NCBI GenBank assembly: GCA_001179505.1
Contig: CDMY01000313.1
Span: 62,001 to 126,000, forward strand
DNA length: 64,000 nt
Direction: 5' to 3'
Origin: Vitrella brassicaformis CCMP3155
Taxonomy: Eukaryota > Protista > Chromerida
The notes below the pieces were generated by a model. It saw nothing but the letters and a program-made list of their open reading frames with translations. It had not been told where the DNA came from and made no database searches. The stretch's first letter is position 1, and the number at the start of each line of letters is the position of its first letter. Below, piece by piece: positions 1 to 12,563 of this stretch. The position numbers and the translations under genes are program-made.

Positions 1-1543
1 CTGTAGAAGGAAGGATAAGACGCGGCACTTCTTTCTTTCACACACACGACAAACCCCCCCCTCATCCCTCTCTCTGCTTTGGCGCTCTCGATCTCTCTAC
101 CGACTCGCCCGGCCATCCATCAATTGGTGAGTGTGTGTATGTGTGTGTGAGTGTGTGCGTGTGTGTGTGTGTGTGTGTGCGTGTGTGGGCAGCAGTCACG
201 TCACATGTTTGATGAGACAAAACGGCTGGCCGCCCACACCACACACACGCACACGAGAGCGGTGGCACTTCCGGCACTCTCCTGCACTGCCTCTCTCCCG
301 TCCCCTTCCCCCTCCCCTCTGCACCCATAAATTGTGTCTCGGTGCGGATCAGTGAGTGGGTGGCCAGAACGTGTCAGGCAGGCCGTCCGTAGCTCTACAG
401 CAGCAGCAGCACATGGACATACACATACACATACACATACACGCGGATTGGAAGAGGGACGAAGGAAGGCATGGAGGCGCCAAGACGGCGCCAAAAAATC
501 GGAGCAGCGTAGCGTGCGTGGGGGCAGCTGCTCTCTGTTGTGCTCTCCTCTCCCCCTCTCTCTTTCTCTTGCGTGTGGTATGCACGGCTCGCCGCACTCG
601 TGTAAGTCATACGGGCTGGTATGGCTGGATGTCTGTGTGTGGGCGCCACACTGCTGCTGGCCCAAGGGCCGCCCGATGAATGGAGATCGTTAGGAACCCC
701 CCCTCTCCCCCTTCATTCATGCGCACGCAAGAAGCCAGCCAGAAGAAGCCCAGTGGAATGGAAGACAGAAGCAAGAAAGAAGGAAAGCGGCTGCACATGG
801 ATTGGATTGCCCCACACACAACATCTCTCTACAATACAACGAAAGCGCTACCAGTCAATTCAAAGGTAGGTGTTTCAAAGCAACACACCCCAGCCAACCC
901 CGGGACTTGACATAGAAAAAACAACAACACCACAGCGCCACTTCCTTTGGTTGTGTCCCTCTGGGCTGGGTGGAGTCTGCTCGGCAGAGTCCAAGGCCGC
1001 CATCTCATTTGAGAGCAGAGGTAGTGGGTTCCTCTGGTCGCAAACAGGATGGCTGACACAGACCTTGACGCGCAAACACCTCACCCAACGAGGGAAGACC
1101 GTCACCCGGTCTGTCTGTCTGTCTGCCGTCCTCGTGTGTCTCTGCCCTGTGTGTGGGGGCTGTGTACTGCTCGGTTCGCCGCCCAGCGCGCCGGCAGCAC
1201 ACTTATGAGAAGAGAGTGGCTCGTCTCTTCCCGTCAGTGAAGCGGCCGCACCGAGCGGCGCACCAAGCAACACACACACACACGCGGGAGGCTGGCAGAT
1301 TTACGTTTGGGCAAAACTGATATGGATACACACAGCAGAGAGGGTGCAACACAACTCAGCTCAGGCAGGAAACACCCTCCCCCCCTCCATCTCTCTCTCC
1401 CCTCCCTCCCTCCCTCCCTCCCTCACTACATCCCTCTCTCCCTCCCTCTCTCTACAGGCGCCTTCCGTGAAGGCACCACAGACTGCCCCCAGATGTCAGA
1501 TGTCATCCACACATCGTCCGTCGATTGTCTGTCTGTCTATCGT

Positions 1544-2911
1544 CTAGCTGGCGTTGGCCTTGGTGAAGGTGAGGTTGTTCTCCTCCGCGAACCGCTCCAT
1601 GAACCGCATGAACCGCGACCAACCGTCGGGGCCCTGCATCACATACGTCGCCTGCACCACACACATCACAACACACATCACACAACACACACACACACAT
1701 GCAGCTGTCCCCGGGGGGCCTTTGTGTGGGGCGGATCGGTCGCTTACTGACCTCTATAGCGTTTGGCACATTGTCGACGAACCGTGCCTTGACGTCCCGC
1801 GTGAGCAGGACGCCCTCCTCGTCTATCAGGTACATGCCCGTCACCTCGCCCAACTGCGGATCGACCTCACGGAACAAATCCGGGTCCTTACAGACACAGA
1901 CACACAGACACAGAGGCAGGTGAGGAGGGCAATGATGAGAGAGAGGGGGGGGGGGGGGGGGGGGGGGNNNNNNNNNNNNNNNNNNNNNNNNNNNNNNNNN
2001 NNNNNNNNNNNNNNNNNNNNNNNNNNNNNNNNNNNNNNNNNNNNNNNNNNNNNNNNNNNNNNNNNNNNNNNNNNNNNNNNNNNNNNNNNNNNNNNNNNNN
2101 NNNNNNNNNNNNNNNNNNNNNNNNNNNNNNNNNNNNNNNNNNNNNNNNNNNNNNNNNNNNNNNNNNNNNNNNNNNNNNNNNNNNNNNNNNNNNNNNNNNN
2201 NNNNNNNNNNNNNNNNNNNNNNNNNNNNNNNNNNNNNNNNNNNNNNNNNNNNNNNNNNNNNNNNNNNGGGGGGGGTTGTTGTTTGTCTGGCTTACTCTGA
2301 ATCTGAACATGGCAGTCCCGTTGGACCCGTCGCGCGACCGCGTGAGCTTCACCTCGGGCACACAGCTCTCCCGGATGCCACGGATGAACTCTATGCGCGT
2401 CTGCACGTATTGCACACAACAAACCAGCCACACACCCACACACAAAGGCCATCCAGCACTCCTCTGTCTGCGCGTGGTGTGGGTGTGTGCCCGCCCGCAC
2501 CGTGGTAGGTCTTTCCAGGGTGGCGACTGATCGGCGCACGGGCACTTCGGGCGCCTGCCGCTGACGCATCAGACCTGCCCATACACACAGAAGCATCCAC
2601 ACATGAGACGAGACACATGCTCAGCTCTCACGGATGCAGTGAGCGACGCCGCGTACCTCTTAATCGAGTCGCACGCAGGAGAGCGAAAGGAGACGAGAAG
2701 GCGGCATCGTCAGCTGCAGACGCTGCCAGCGCCACAGCAACCACATTGTACGACAACGCTGCACAACACACAGTCAGCCCAACACACACACACAACGAAG
2801 CCAATCCACGCCTCATCTGCGAGAGACGCCAGCCTGCTCCCTGTGTGGGCCGCCCTCACCTTGGTAGCAAAAGACCAGAGCCAGGAAGCATGACGATCTC
2901 CGTGTCACCAT
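1544..2911 (-). CDS. psb28: Photosystem II assembly factor Psb28, nucleus-encoded, with bipartite (signal + transit) plastid leader; about 6 exons
   Basis: Spliced by eye: [17 protein letters not shown]|[25 protein letters not shown]...|[35 protein letters not shown]|[45 protein letters not shown]|[35 protein letters not shown]. The [19 protein letters not shown] and RFMRFMER motifs are characteristic of Psb28. The N gap at 1968-2267 lies inside an intron. Confidence 0.92.
1968..2267. other. Assembly gap, 300 N (others at 11931-12230, 18396-18695, 48424-48723, 56239-56538)
   Basis: All five gaps are exactly 300 N, so they are placeholders and true sizes are unknown. The first three lie in introns next to G-rich or simple repeats. 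Confidence 0.99.
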
Positions 2912-3320
2912 CGGGCACGGCACTGTCTGCCGATATGCCGCACACTCTACGCGCTGATCAAGCAAACCAGCTGCTGGCAGACAGGCAGGCAGGCAGGCAG
3001 GCAGGAGGCCGGCCCAGCCGGCAACCGTCAGCTACGCGCTCACAGGAAAGCTACAGATCGGAAAGTTCTCAGCTCAGGCAAGGAGAGGAGGCAGCTGCGG
3101 CACGTCTGGAGGCCTGCAGGGCCTCAAACGGAGCGAAATCCGCGTCCAGTAGATCTGCAGCGAGCTTAGCCTTGAAGCTCGCAACAGTCAGCTGAGCTGG
3201 CAGCACCCTTTCCCCTTTGCAGCAGCAGGCGTCCCAACCGCCCTTTTTCCCACCTCTCTCCCTCCCCTTCCTCTCCCCTCCCAGACACACGCACACACAT
3301 CATCCCCGCCGTCAGTGAGG

Positions 3321-3978
3321 ATGATCATCCCGGAAGGCCCGTCGCTTGATCTGTCTGTGACGCTGCTGCTGATCCTTCCGCCGATAGTGGGGCTGATATG
3401 GTCTGTGTACGAGACGGTGTTTGTGACGAGGATCCAGCTGGTCGGGCCGAACGGGGGGGACAAAACCATGAGGGCGCCCATTCACTCAGACACTGAGGTG
3501 AGCTCAGCTCAGGGAGAAAGGCGCAGAGGGGCAGGGTGGAGGTGGCGGGAGAGATCTGACCCTTTTGGATCTTCTGTTGGCTGACGATGGTGGTGTGTGT
3601 GTGATTGCCTGTGCAGCCCGGCGAGAATGTGGAGAATCAGCTCAAGCAGATGAAGAGCGTTGCCGAGAACATCGCCAAGGGAGCAAACACATTCTTGTTA
3701 CAGGTGCGGACACACACACACGCACACACACAGACACACCGACTCACTGCAATCGATTATGTGGTGTGCTCCCTCTCGGTTCCCTCTGTGTCTGTCTGTC
3801 TGTTGTCTGTCTGTCGTGTCTGTCGATCGCCTCCATCCATCCATCCATTTATCAGGAGTACAAGTACATGGCGGTATACATCGTGGTTTTCTCTGTGTTC
3901 ATCGCCTTCTTCGTCGACCCTGGTCAGCCAGCCAGGGAAAGAAACGTGCCAAGCCGGGAGGGTCAATCTTGCAACACG

Positions 3979-4009
<31 letters not shown>

Positions 4010-7000
4010 GTCCACCCCTGTCGTGTGTGTGTGTGTGGTTGTGTGCAGCGACTATGGTGTCGTTCATTGTGGGTTCCCTGACGTCCATTCTGTGCGGCTA
4101 CATCGGCATGAAGATCGCAGTCTATGCCAACGTCCGCACTTCACACGAGGCTTGGAAGGAACTCGGTGAGTGAGAGCCAGCCAGCAGCACAGCAACACTT
4201 CTCCCTCCCTCCGTCTCTCACTGTGGTGCCCTCGTGTGGTGTGTGCGTGGTGTGTCAGGTCCTGCCTTCGAGGTGGCGATTCGTGCCGGCTCTGTCATGG
4301 GTTTCACGTTGACTTCGCTGGGCGTTATCAACCTGTTCCTCCTGATCGTCATCTATCGCCTGATACCCAACATGGACACACAGGCATGCTTCGAGGCCAT
4401 CGCTGGTCGGTCGAAGGAAGCTACCGCAGACAGACACACCAGACACACAAGACACGTTCACCGGGTGGCTGTGTTGCCGTGTTTGTCGCACACATGTGCC
4501 CAGGTTATGGTCTGGGTGGCTCGTCGATCGCCCTCTTTGCGCGTGTGGGTGGCGGCATCTACACCAAGGCCGCGGACGTGGGCGCCGACCTCTCGGGCAA
4601 AAACGACTTCGGCATGGACGAAGACGACCCAAGGTCTGCCGACTTTTTGGCCATCCTGCCTGCGAAGCGAATTCCCCCGTCTGTCTCTTTGCCGTCCGTG
4701 CAGGAACCCCGCGTGTATTGCGGACAACGTGGGGGACAACGTGGGCGACGTGGCTGGGATGGGCGCCGACCTGTTCGGGTCGCTGGCCGAGTCGACGTGT
4801 GCCGCTTTGGTGATTGCGGGGGCCAAGACGAGCGGGCTCAACGCCACGTGGGCCGGGCTGATGTACCCGGTGCTGATATCCTCGACGGGCATCATTGTGG
4901 GGCTGCTGACCATCATTGCCGTGAGGGTGTTCATCCCCGTCAGGGAGATCTCGGACATCGAAAAGGTCGGCCAGTGAGTGAGAACGGGAGAATAGTCAGC
5001 CAGGAGGGACAGACAGAAGGTGTCTGACCGTGCTTGTGCTGTGTGTGTGGTCGAGCATCAGGCGCTGAAGGGCGTGTTGTTCATTTCGACTGGGCTGGAG
5101 ACGCCCCTGGTTGTGGTGCTGTCGCTACTCTTCCTGCCTGAGAAGTTCACTCTCGTGTCGGGCACTACCACGCTCGAAGTGCTCTGGTGAGGGAGGGCAG
5201 CGATGCGACAGACAGACAGCACACAGAGGATGGGTGCGATGGTTTATGGGCGTGTGTGCGTGTGTGTGTGTGTAGGTGGAAGGCGATGATTTCGGTGCTG
5301 CTCGGTCTGTGGTCGGGCCTCATCATCGGCTACGTCACGGAATACTACACCTCACATTCATACTACCCCGTCAGGGTACGTGCCTTCCCTTCATCTACGG
5401 CCACCACCACACACACCACACACACAATGATCTATCCTCTCTCTCTTGTGTTGTGTGTGCAGGAGATCAGTCGCACCCAGATTGTGTCAGCAGCCACGGG
5501 CATCATCTACGGCATGGCCCTCGGCTACATGTCCACCGTCATACCCGTCATCTGTATCGCCATCTCTGTCTGTGTGGCGCACTCCTTCTGCGGAATGGTC
5601 AGTCAGCCCTAGCCAATACACACACACACATCCATCCGACCCTGCACACACGCGTCAATCGGTTGTCCCCCTGTGTGTGTGTGTGTGTGTGCTCGGCTCA
5701 GTATGGAATTGCTCTAGCCGCTTTGGGTATGCTGTCGACTCTGACGATGGGGCTGACCATTGACGCGTACGGGCCCATCAGTGACAACGCCGGAGGAATC
5801 GCAGAGGTCAGCCCGGCATCAGGCCAGGCGCCCGACAGACCAAAAACAGCCGGGCTCATTGAGAGGTGTGTGGTGTGTGCGTGTGTGTGCAGATGGCGGG
5901 TCTTGGTGGTGAGGTCAGGTACCGCACTGATGCCCTCGACGCCGCCGGCAACACAACCGCCGCAATCGGTAGGTACCCATCACACCCATACACACACACA
6001 GAGGTCTTCTACGTCTTCCCGTCTGTGTGTGTGGTGCAGGTAAAGGTTTTGCCATCGGGTCCGCAGCGCTTGTGTCGCTCGCCCTCTTTGGCGCCTACAC
6101 GGTGCGGGCCAAGATCGCCTCAGTGGACATCCTGGACACTTGGACCTTCAGCGGCCTGCTGTTTGGCGCGATGATGCCCTACGCCTTCTCCGCCATGACC
6201 ATGAAGTCCGTCGGCGTCGCCGCAAACGATATGGTGCGTGCGCGAGGGAACGATAGCACAAAGAATGGTGTGGGTGGGAACTTGTGTGTGTGTGCGTGTG
6301 TGTGTGTGTGTGTGGTTAGGTGAAAGAGTGTCTGGATCAGTTCCCGGGCATCATCAACGGGACGATGGAGCCGCAGTACGAGAAGTGCATCTCCATCTCG
6401 ACCCAGGCGTCACTGAGGGAAATGATCGCACCCGGCGCGCTCGTCATCCTCTCGCCCATCCTTTTCGGCCTCGCCTTCGGCAGAAACTGCACAGCCGGTC
6501 AGACAAACACACCACCACCACCTAAGGTGCATCCATCGGCCCTCTCTCTCTCTCCCTCTGTGTGTGTGTGTGTGTGTGCAGGTCTGCTTGTGGGGGCGTT
6601 GGTGTCGGGCATTCAGCTGGCCATCTCGGCGTCCAACTCAGGAGGCGCATGGGATAACGCCAAGAAGTATATCGAGGTCAGGACAGAGGCGATCGATGCA
6701 TCACCTGAGGGCCTATACTGATGCCGCTGTGTTGTGTTGGGTCTGATGCGTGTGATGGTCAGTCTGGCGCACTTGGCCCCGATCACGCCAAGGGCAGTGC
6801 CGCACACAAGAATGCCGTCACAGGCGACACCGTCGGCGACCCTCTCAAGGTACACAAGACACACCGAACCGCACACACAAACACAAAACACGCGGATCGC
6901 CCCTCCCTTCCTGCGTGTGTGATGTGATGGTGTGTGCGGATCAGGATACATCCGGCCCTTCCCTGAACATATTGGTGAAGCTGTCGGCCATCATCAGTCT

Positions 7001-7106
7001 GGTCTTCGGCAGCCTCATCAGCAGAATGTCCAACGAACACGGCGGACCGGTTTGGTTAAAGACGGGTTCCGTCACGGCGCCACCACCCGCACTCGCAGCG
7101 CTTTAG
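3321..7106 (+). CDS. VP1: Membrane H+-translocating pyrophosphatase, type I (K+-dependent), alveolate VP1-like; about 17 exons
   Basis: Motifs [102 protein letters not shown] and [23 protein letters not shown] (Ala rather than Lys) is the established K+-dependence determinant. Confidence 0.97.
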
Positions 7107-9018
7107 ACAAACCAGCGGGAGGCAACGAAGGAAGGGCGTACACCGTATACGTATGATCTATATATCATGGTTGTTGCTTTCTCTTCATGGAGAGAGAGGG
7201 GAGAGGGAGGGAGGGAGGGAGGGACATGTGTGCTGTGTGTCGGGGGGGCGATTTTGTGCCTGCCTCTCTGCCTGCCTGCCTGCCTGCCTGCCTGCATGGC
7301 GTAAGTAAGTATTTTAGTTGGTTCGCTCGCTCTCACCCCCTTGCTGTTTCACGCCGGCATACGTAACTCTCTCTCTACGCGTCTCGTCTCGTGTCGTCGG
7401 TTCCTGGAGATGGCGAAGCGGGCGTATCCCAGCCGCATCCTTGGGCAGCGATGCGGCTGAGATGGGTCCGCCTCACCATCTGTCGGAACACGCACACCTG
7501 ACGGCTCACATGGTTGCAGGAGCCTTCAGGTGATCGACATCCGTGTTCTAGTCGCTTTGTGAGATGACTGACACTTGACTTACCGTCAGTGATGCAATGC
7601 CCGCGAACCTGTGAAGGGATTTGTGGGCGAGGCAGCACCGACGGCGTGTTGAAAGTCTCGGCATCTTGCTCGGAGTGAAGAACGTCGATATGTTTCATCT
7701 GTCCATGGTGCACTGTAATTGTTTTCGTCTGGTGGCACTCCACTCACTTTCCCGACGTCCTGTGTGTGTGCGTGTGGATATCTGTGGAGGGTTTATGCAC
7801 TCACCCACCGCCCACCCGCTCTCGCTCTCGCCCTCTGTCTCGTTCGCCCATCCCTCCCTCGCGCGCACATCACATGGTTTTGTTGATGGAGGACTGATGG
7901 CTCTCTGTCTGTTTGCGTGTGCGTGATGTGTGTGCGATGTCTGTTCCGACCGACGGATGGGAAGACAGCGGTCCAATTAGGGTGGTGGAAACTTTACATG
8001 AGTGCCTGCGCGCACACACATTAGAGCGGAGCACAACGCCACAAAGAGGGAGAGGGAGAGAGAGCTTCCATGCGTATCGCATCCATCCATCCATCCATCC
8101 ATGTGTCTGTGTGAGTGTGTTTGCGCGTGTGTATGTCTTGCGCACAAAGGCCATTAATTCGACACTTGCTTGTGTGTCCTGTGTGCTTATGAGCGTGTGC
8201 GTGCCCCATGCGATGTGTGTGTGGCCACGACGAGACAAGACGAGCCAAGGCGACAGACAAACTTTATCTGTGGTGCACAACCCACACGCGCACGCCACTT
8301 CACTTTCGTTTCAATGTGCTCTGTGCGTGCGTGAACCGATCCATGTGCGCGTCTGTCTGTCTGGTTACGTGAGACAGACAGACAGACAGACAAGGGAGTT
8401 TTCCATAGCAGCAAGCACGAGCAGCAGCAAGCCAGCGACCATCCATGCATTCCTCCTTGGCTATTTTTGCGCCGGCCCTCCTCCCTCCCTCCCTGCCTGC
8501 CGGGCTCGTGCAGTCCACAGATGTGCTGTTGGTTTACATCTGTGTGTGTGCCTGCCGTCGTTTTGCGTGCGTGTGCATGTCTGTGGGTGTCGGTCGACGA
8601 GGAGAGCAAAAGAGTACGGTAGGAGCGGAGCGATGGTCGGCTGACTGGTGCCATGCTCCCTCCAGTTTCAAGCATCGAGCCAGCAAACAAGCAACAGAGG
8701 GATAGTCGATAAGTACACTCTTACGTCGTGTGTGTGCGCGTGAATGCCTGCCTGTCTGTCTGTCTGGTGTCCCCTCTGCTGGCTGGCACCTTCCTTCCTG
8801 CCTTCCTGCCAGACGGACGTTTTGCCGACCGATCCACCCCCTCTCCCCTCCCACCCATGACTACTCGTCAATGCGTGTATGCCTGTCTATGACCGAAATG
8901 CTTCGATTCATTCATTCATACCACGATCTGTCGTCAGTCAACGAGCAAACAAATAGTCACCTCGCCACACAATACGCACACACGAACAAAACTGTACACA
9001 GCAATAGAGCTAGCAACA

Positions 9019-10716
9019 TCACCTCATAAGGATTCCATCGACAGCACTCTCAGCGTTCGCCAGCCGCTCCCCCACCCCGTCCGCACACGCAAAGGGCTGC
9101 ACAAAGGAGATCCCCGTCACGCGATACACCGGCCCCCCACAGTCAGGCAGCCTCTCATGAGTCCCCACCAGACACACCCAGCCGTGGAACGCCAGCAGGT
9201 CGGGAAGCCACACAGACAAGACCGTCTCATTCGCCGCGCCCTCGAAAAGCGCCGGGGTGCCATCACTCGCTGCTGCTGCTGCTGCTGCAGCTGCTGCTGC
9301 TGGCGGTGGCGGCTGCAGGGGGATGTTTGCCGGCAGGGTGGGAAGGTGGTCTGTCCAGATGTCCGCTGCCGCCATCGCGCGGATGCAGGGCAGCTCCGGG
9401 TGGCTGCTGTCGATGAGGGAGAGCTCAATCGTCAGCCGCTGGGGGTCTAGAACGGCATCCTGCCCCTCTCGCCTGTACCTCAGCCGGGCGGCGTGGACCG
9501 CCACGTAACGCCACTCTTCTCCCCCCTCCACCTCTGTGTCCATCATTGCTCCATCTCTCATCGGCTGCTCCTCATTCAGCCCACCGAAGTCTATGTCGTC
9601 AAGCAGGTCCTCTATGTCAGCATCTGCTGGCGCCGCAGCAGCAGCAGCCGCCGCCGCCGCAGGAACAGCAGCTGCAGGAAGAGCCACAGGAGCTCCGGCA
9701 GGTGGTGGTACTAGATCGTTAAGTCCGTCCAGCAAATCGTCAAGGTCGGCATCATCATCAAACATCGAGGACGGCATCGTCGGGATCGGCTGCATCGGCT
9801 GCAGCTGCTGCTGGCCCTCATAAGCGACAGTCATCCCCTGCGGTGCTCTCGCCGGTCCTCTCGGCCGCACCACACGCGCAGGGGGCGGCAACGGGCGTGG
9901 GCGTGGGCGTGGCGGGAAGAGGGCTGGGGGTGGTGGCCGTGCAGCATTGTTAAATGGCTGTTGACTGATGAAGGCGTTGCCGTTGTTGCTTGGTGGCGCT
10001 CTCTTGGCTCTCTTGTTGGCATTCGCTGCTGCTGCTGCTGCTGCTGCTGGGTGGGTGGACGCAGAGGGGAGGGCGAGAGCTGTGGCATCGGATGGGTCGT
10101 CGCCGCCACCACGCAACGGCGGCAGCTCGTGCAGGAGGGTGACGTTGTCGGCGGTTAGAAGCACCTGCCCACGACGGATCAGCGGCCCGCCCTGCACACA
10201 CACACACACACACGCAGAGCAGGTGGATCACTGTGCATGTGTGTGTGTGTGTGTGTTTGACGGCTGTTGTTCTCATCTCACCTGTATGAGCAACTTCTGC
10301 AATGGGAAGAAGCCATCGCTCGGCACGTGGGCCATGCGCCGGTACTCGAACGCCTCAAACGTCACCCTCCCATCCGTCAGCCGAAACTTGAGCGCCCGCT
10401 GCGCCCTCTCGCCCCCTCCGGGACCCTTCCTCTGCCCGCCGTCCCCCTCTTCGCCCGCCTTTCTGTTCTTGATGGGACGAGCGATGTCCACCACATCCTC
10501 TATCTGCGCCAGCACCCTCCCTGGTTGCAGCGCGGTGCCGTGTGTGGAGTCGATAGGTCCGGCGAGGGAGCCCCGGGCCACTATCTGCTTGAGATCAGCC
10601 GCGAGGAAGGCCTGCCACTCGTCGTGTTGAGGAGGCGCGTTGCTGATGAGTGATCGCCAGTTGGGGCGGAGGGACGTGCTGGATAGCGTCTGGAGGGTTC
10701 CAGAAAGCGAAGCCAT
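9019..10716 (-). CDS. RMI1: RMI1-like protein (N-terminal OB fold of RMI1/TDRD3 type), long low-complexity linker, C-terminal globular segment; 2 exons
   Basis: Exon 1 has VLAQIEDVVDIARP...ALKFRLTDGRVTFEAFEYRRM...QKLLIQ, spliced to GGPLIRRGQVLLTADNVTLL. This matches the RMI1_N OB-fold pattern (LKL.LTDG...AFEY...K.L.....RRG.LLL...NV.LL). Orthology to RMI1 versus TDRD3 is inferred. Confidence 0.7.
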
Positions 10717-10888
10717 TCATCAGCTCTTCATTCAAGCTCGCAAACCGGTTTGCGATCGCGAGGGGCAATTCACCACCACAGGCCCATTGCAGCAGCGTCA
10801 AAGTGTGTGTCTGTTGCTCTTCTAAGGAGATCTACAAACATCCCATCGCCTCAGCGTTCGTTGCCTTTTTGCACCTTTCCGCAGCGTC

Positions 10889-12563
10889 ATGATCTGCTCA
10901 CGAGCAGCTCAGAGGCAAGCAGCAAGATGCGCCGCCGCCCACAGCACGCAGCCGGCAGATGCACTCATGCCCAAGATGCCGCTGAGATGGAGCTGGAGTG
11001 ATCGACGATTGTGCGCCACGTCCGCTCGCAGAGCTGCTGCGGTGGATGCGGCAGCAACAGCATCGACAGCAGCCGGCGGATACTACCCCACACAAGGGCC
11101 CTCTCCCGAGCAGCTTGCCGGCTTCTACCCGAGACCTCAGGTGTGTCCACCTGCACTGCCTCGCTCCACTCACTCAGTCATATTGGTATGTCGTCCGTGT
11201 GTGTGTGTGTGTGTGTGTGTGTCCGCTCCACTGCACTTGCGCAGGGCCCGGCAGCCGAGGGCGAGAGGAAGGGCTGGGGCCTGAGCAAGTTCCTGGTCTA
11301 TGTGGGCATCCACCTCATCCCCATAGGCGGCGGCATCTATCTGTTCCACTCGGCAACGACGCAGAAGGAGGCGGCCGAGGTGGCCGAGACGGAGGTCGCC
11401 CTCACGGCCGACTCGTGTCTGAGGGAGGCCATGCAGATCGTTAAGACGGCCGCCACGTGCCTGTGTCTGTGTCCCAGTGATGATGACATACAAGCTTGTG
11501 AGTCCCACACACAGAGAGGGAACAAAGTGTGTGTGTCATGGTGTGTCATGGTGTGGTGTTGCTGTTGCTCTAGTTGAGATTGACCCCCACGAGCCAGAGT
11601 ATCGGAGTCTGTCGCTGCCGGAGCAGCCGGTGATTAAGGGCGTGCAGAACAACGAGCTCATGGACCTGTTTGCAGGCAAGCCTCAATCAGTGGATTGGTT
11701 CACGATGCGGTCATCCACGCGTGTGTGGTGTTGTGTGGTGTGTGGTGTGGTTGGTGGGTGTGTCAGGTGAGAGGGGTCTGGTCTCCCTGCCCTTCAACTT
11801 CATCCACTTCGGCGTGAGCGCCTCGAGTGACGTCTTTCGAAAGCTGAAAGGCAACAACAGGCGCATCACCATCATCTACTACTCTGACGTCAAGTACGCG
11901 ACCCAGACAGGCAGGCAGACAGGCAGGCCCNNNNNNNNNNNNNNNNNNNNNNNNNNNNNNNNNNNNNNNNNNNNNNNNNNNNNNNNNNNNNNNNNNNNNN
12001 NNNNNNNNNNNNNNNNNNNNNNNNNNNNNNNNNNNNNNNNNNNNNNNNNNNNNNNNNNNNNNNNNNNNNNNNNNNNNNNNNNNNNNNNNNNNNNNNNNNN
12101 NNNNNNNNNNNNNNNNNNNNNNNNNNNNNNNNNNNNNNNNNNNNNNNNNNNNNNNNNNNNNNNNNNNNNNNNNNNNNNNNNNNNNNNNNNNNNNNNNNNN
12201 NNNNNNNNNNNNNNNNNNNNNNNNNNNNNNAGGCAGGCCCACCCCCCCCCCCTCTCTCTGTGTGTGCATCTGCCTGTGTGTAGGCATCGTCACCTGGTGG
12301 TGCACGGCACAGCAGCGGTCATCGACTCAAAGGAGCAGCGGCGGCACTACTGGAAGAGGCGATGGGGCGCCTCCCTCACAGACGATGACTATCGGCTGGT
12401 CAAGGTCATCCCCGACCGCATCAGTCTGCAGGGCAAGGGCGAGGGCGACGTGCAGTGGCGGCTCATCACTTTGCGGCGGGGGAGAGAGGGGGCAGGCGGG
12501 GGAGTCACAGGGGCCACTGACACTGGTGCCGTCCTCAGGGAGGAGTGGCAGCTGGAAGAATGA
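10889..12563 (+). CDS. Pyridoxamine-5'-phosphate-oxidase-like (FMN-binding split barrel, general stress protein 26-like) protein with putative mitochondrial presequence and one TM helix
   Basis: C-terminal exons FGVSASSDVFRKLKGNNRRITIIYYSDVK|HRHLVVHGTAAVIDSKEQRRHYWKRRWG...DDYRLVKVIPDRISL fit the Pyrid_ox_like pattern. The N-terminus is Arg/Ala-rich, and there is a hydrophobic segment FLVYVGIHLIPIGGGIYLF. The gap at 11931-12230 is intronic. Confidence 0.6.

Noticed and set aside
131-355. The many ORFs containing VCVCVC, THTHTH or LSLSLS runs throughout the track
   Set aside because: These are translations of intronic microsatellites, not proteins.
1-1300. ORFs and splice-like sites at the window start
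   Set aside because: They are dominated by CA/GT repeats. Exon-like pieces exist on both strands but I could not assemble a consistent frame or recognise a family.
1945-1967. Poly-G tract as a functional G-quadruplex
   Set aside because: It abuts an assembly gap so its length is unreliable, it lies in an intron, and there is no other support.
1554-2300. Long ORFs spanning N runs (also 11670-12563, 18280-19038, 47079-48758, 47925-49589, 55846-56657)
   Set aside because: Length and frame continuity across placeholder gaps are artefacts.
11921-12240. Identical AGGCAGGCCC on both sides of the gap as a target-site duplication
   Set aside because: More simply explained as overlapping contig ends in a (GGCA)n-type intron repeat.
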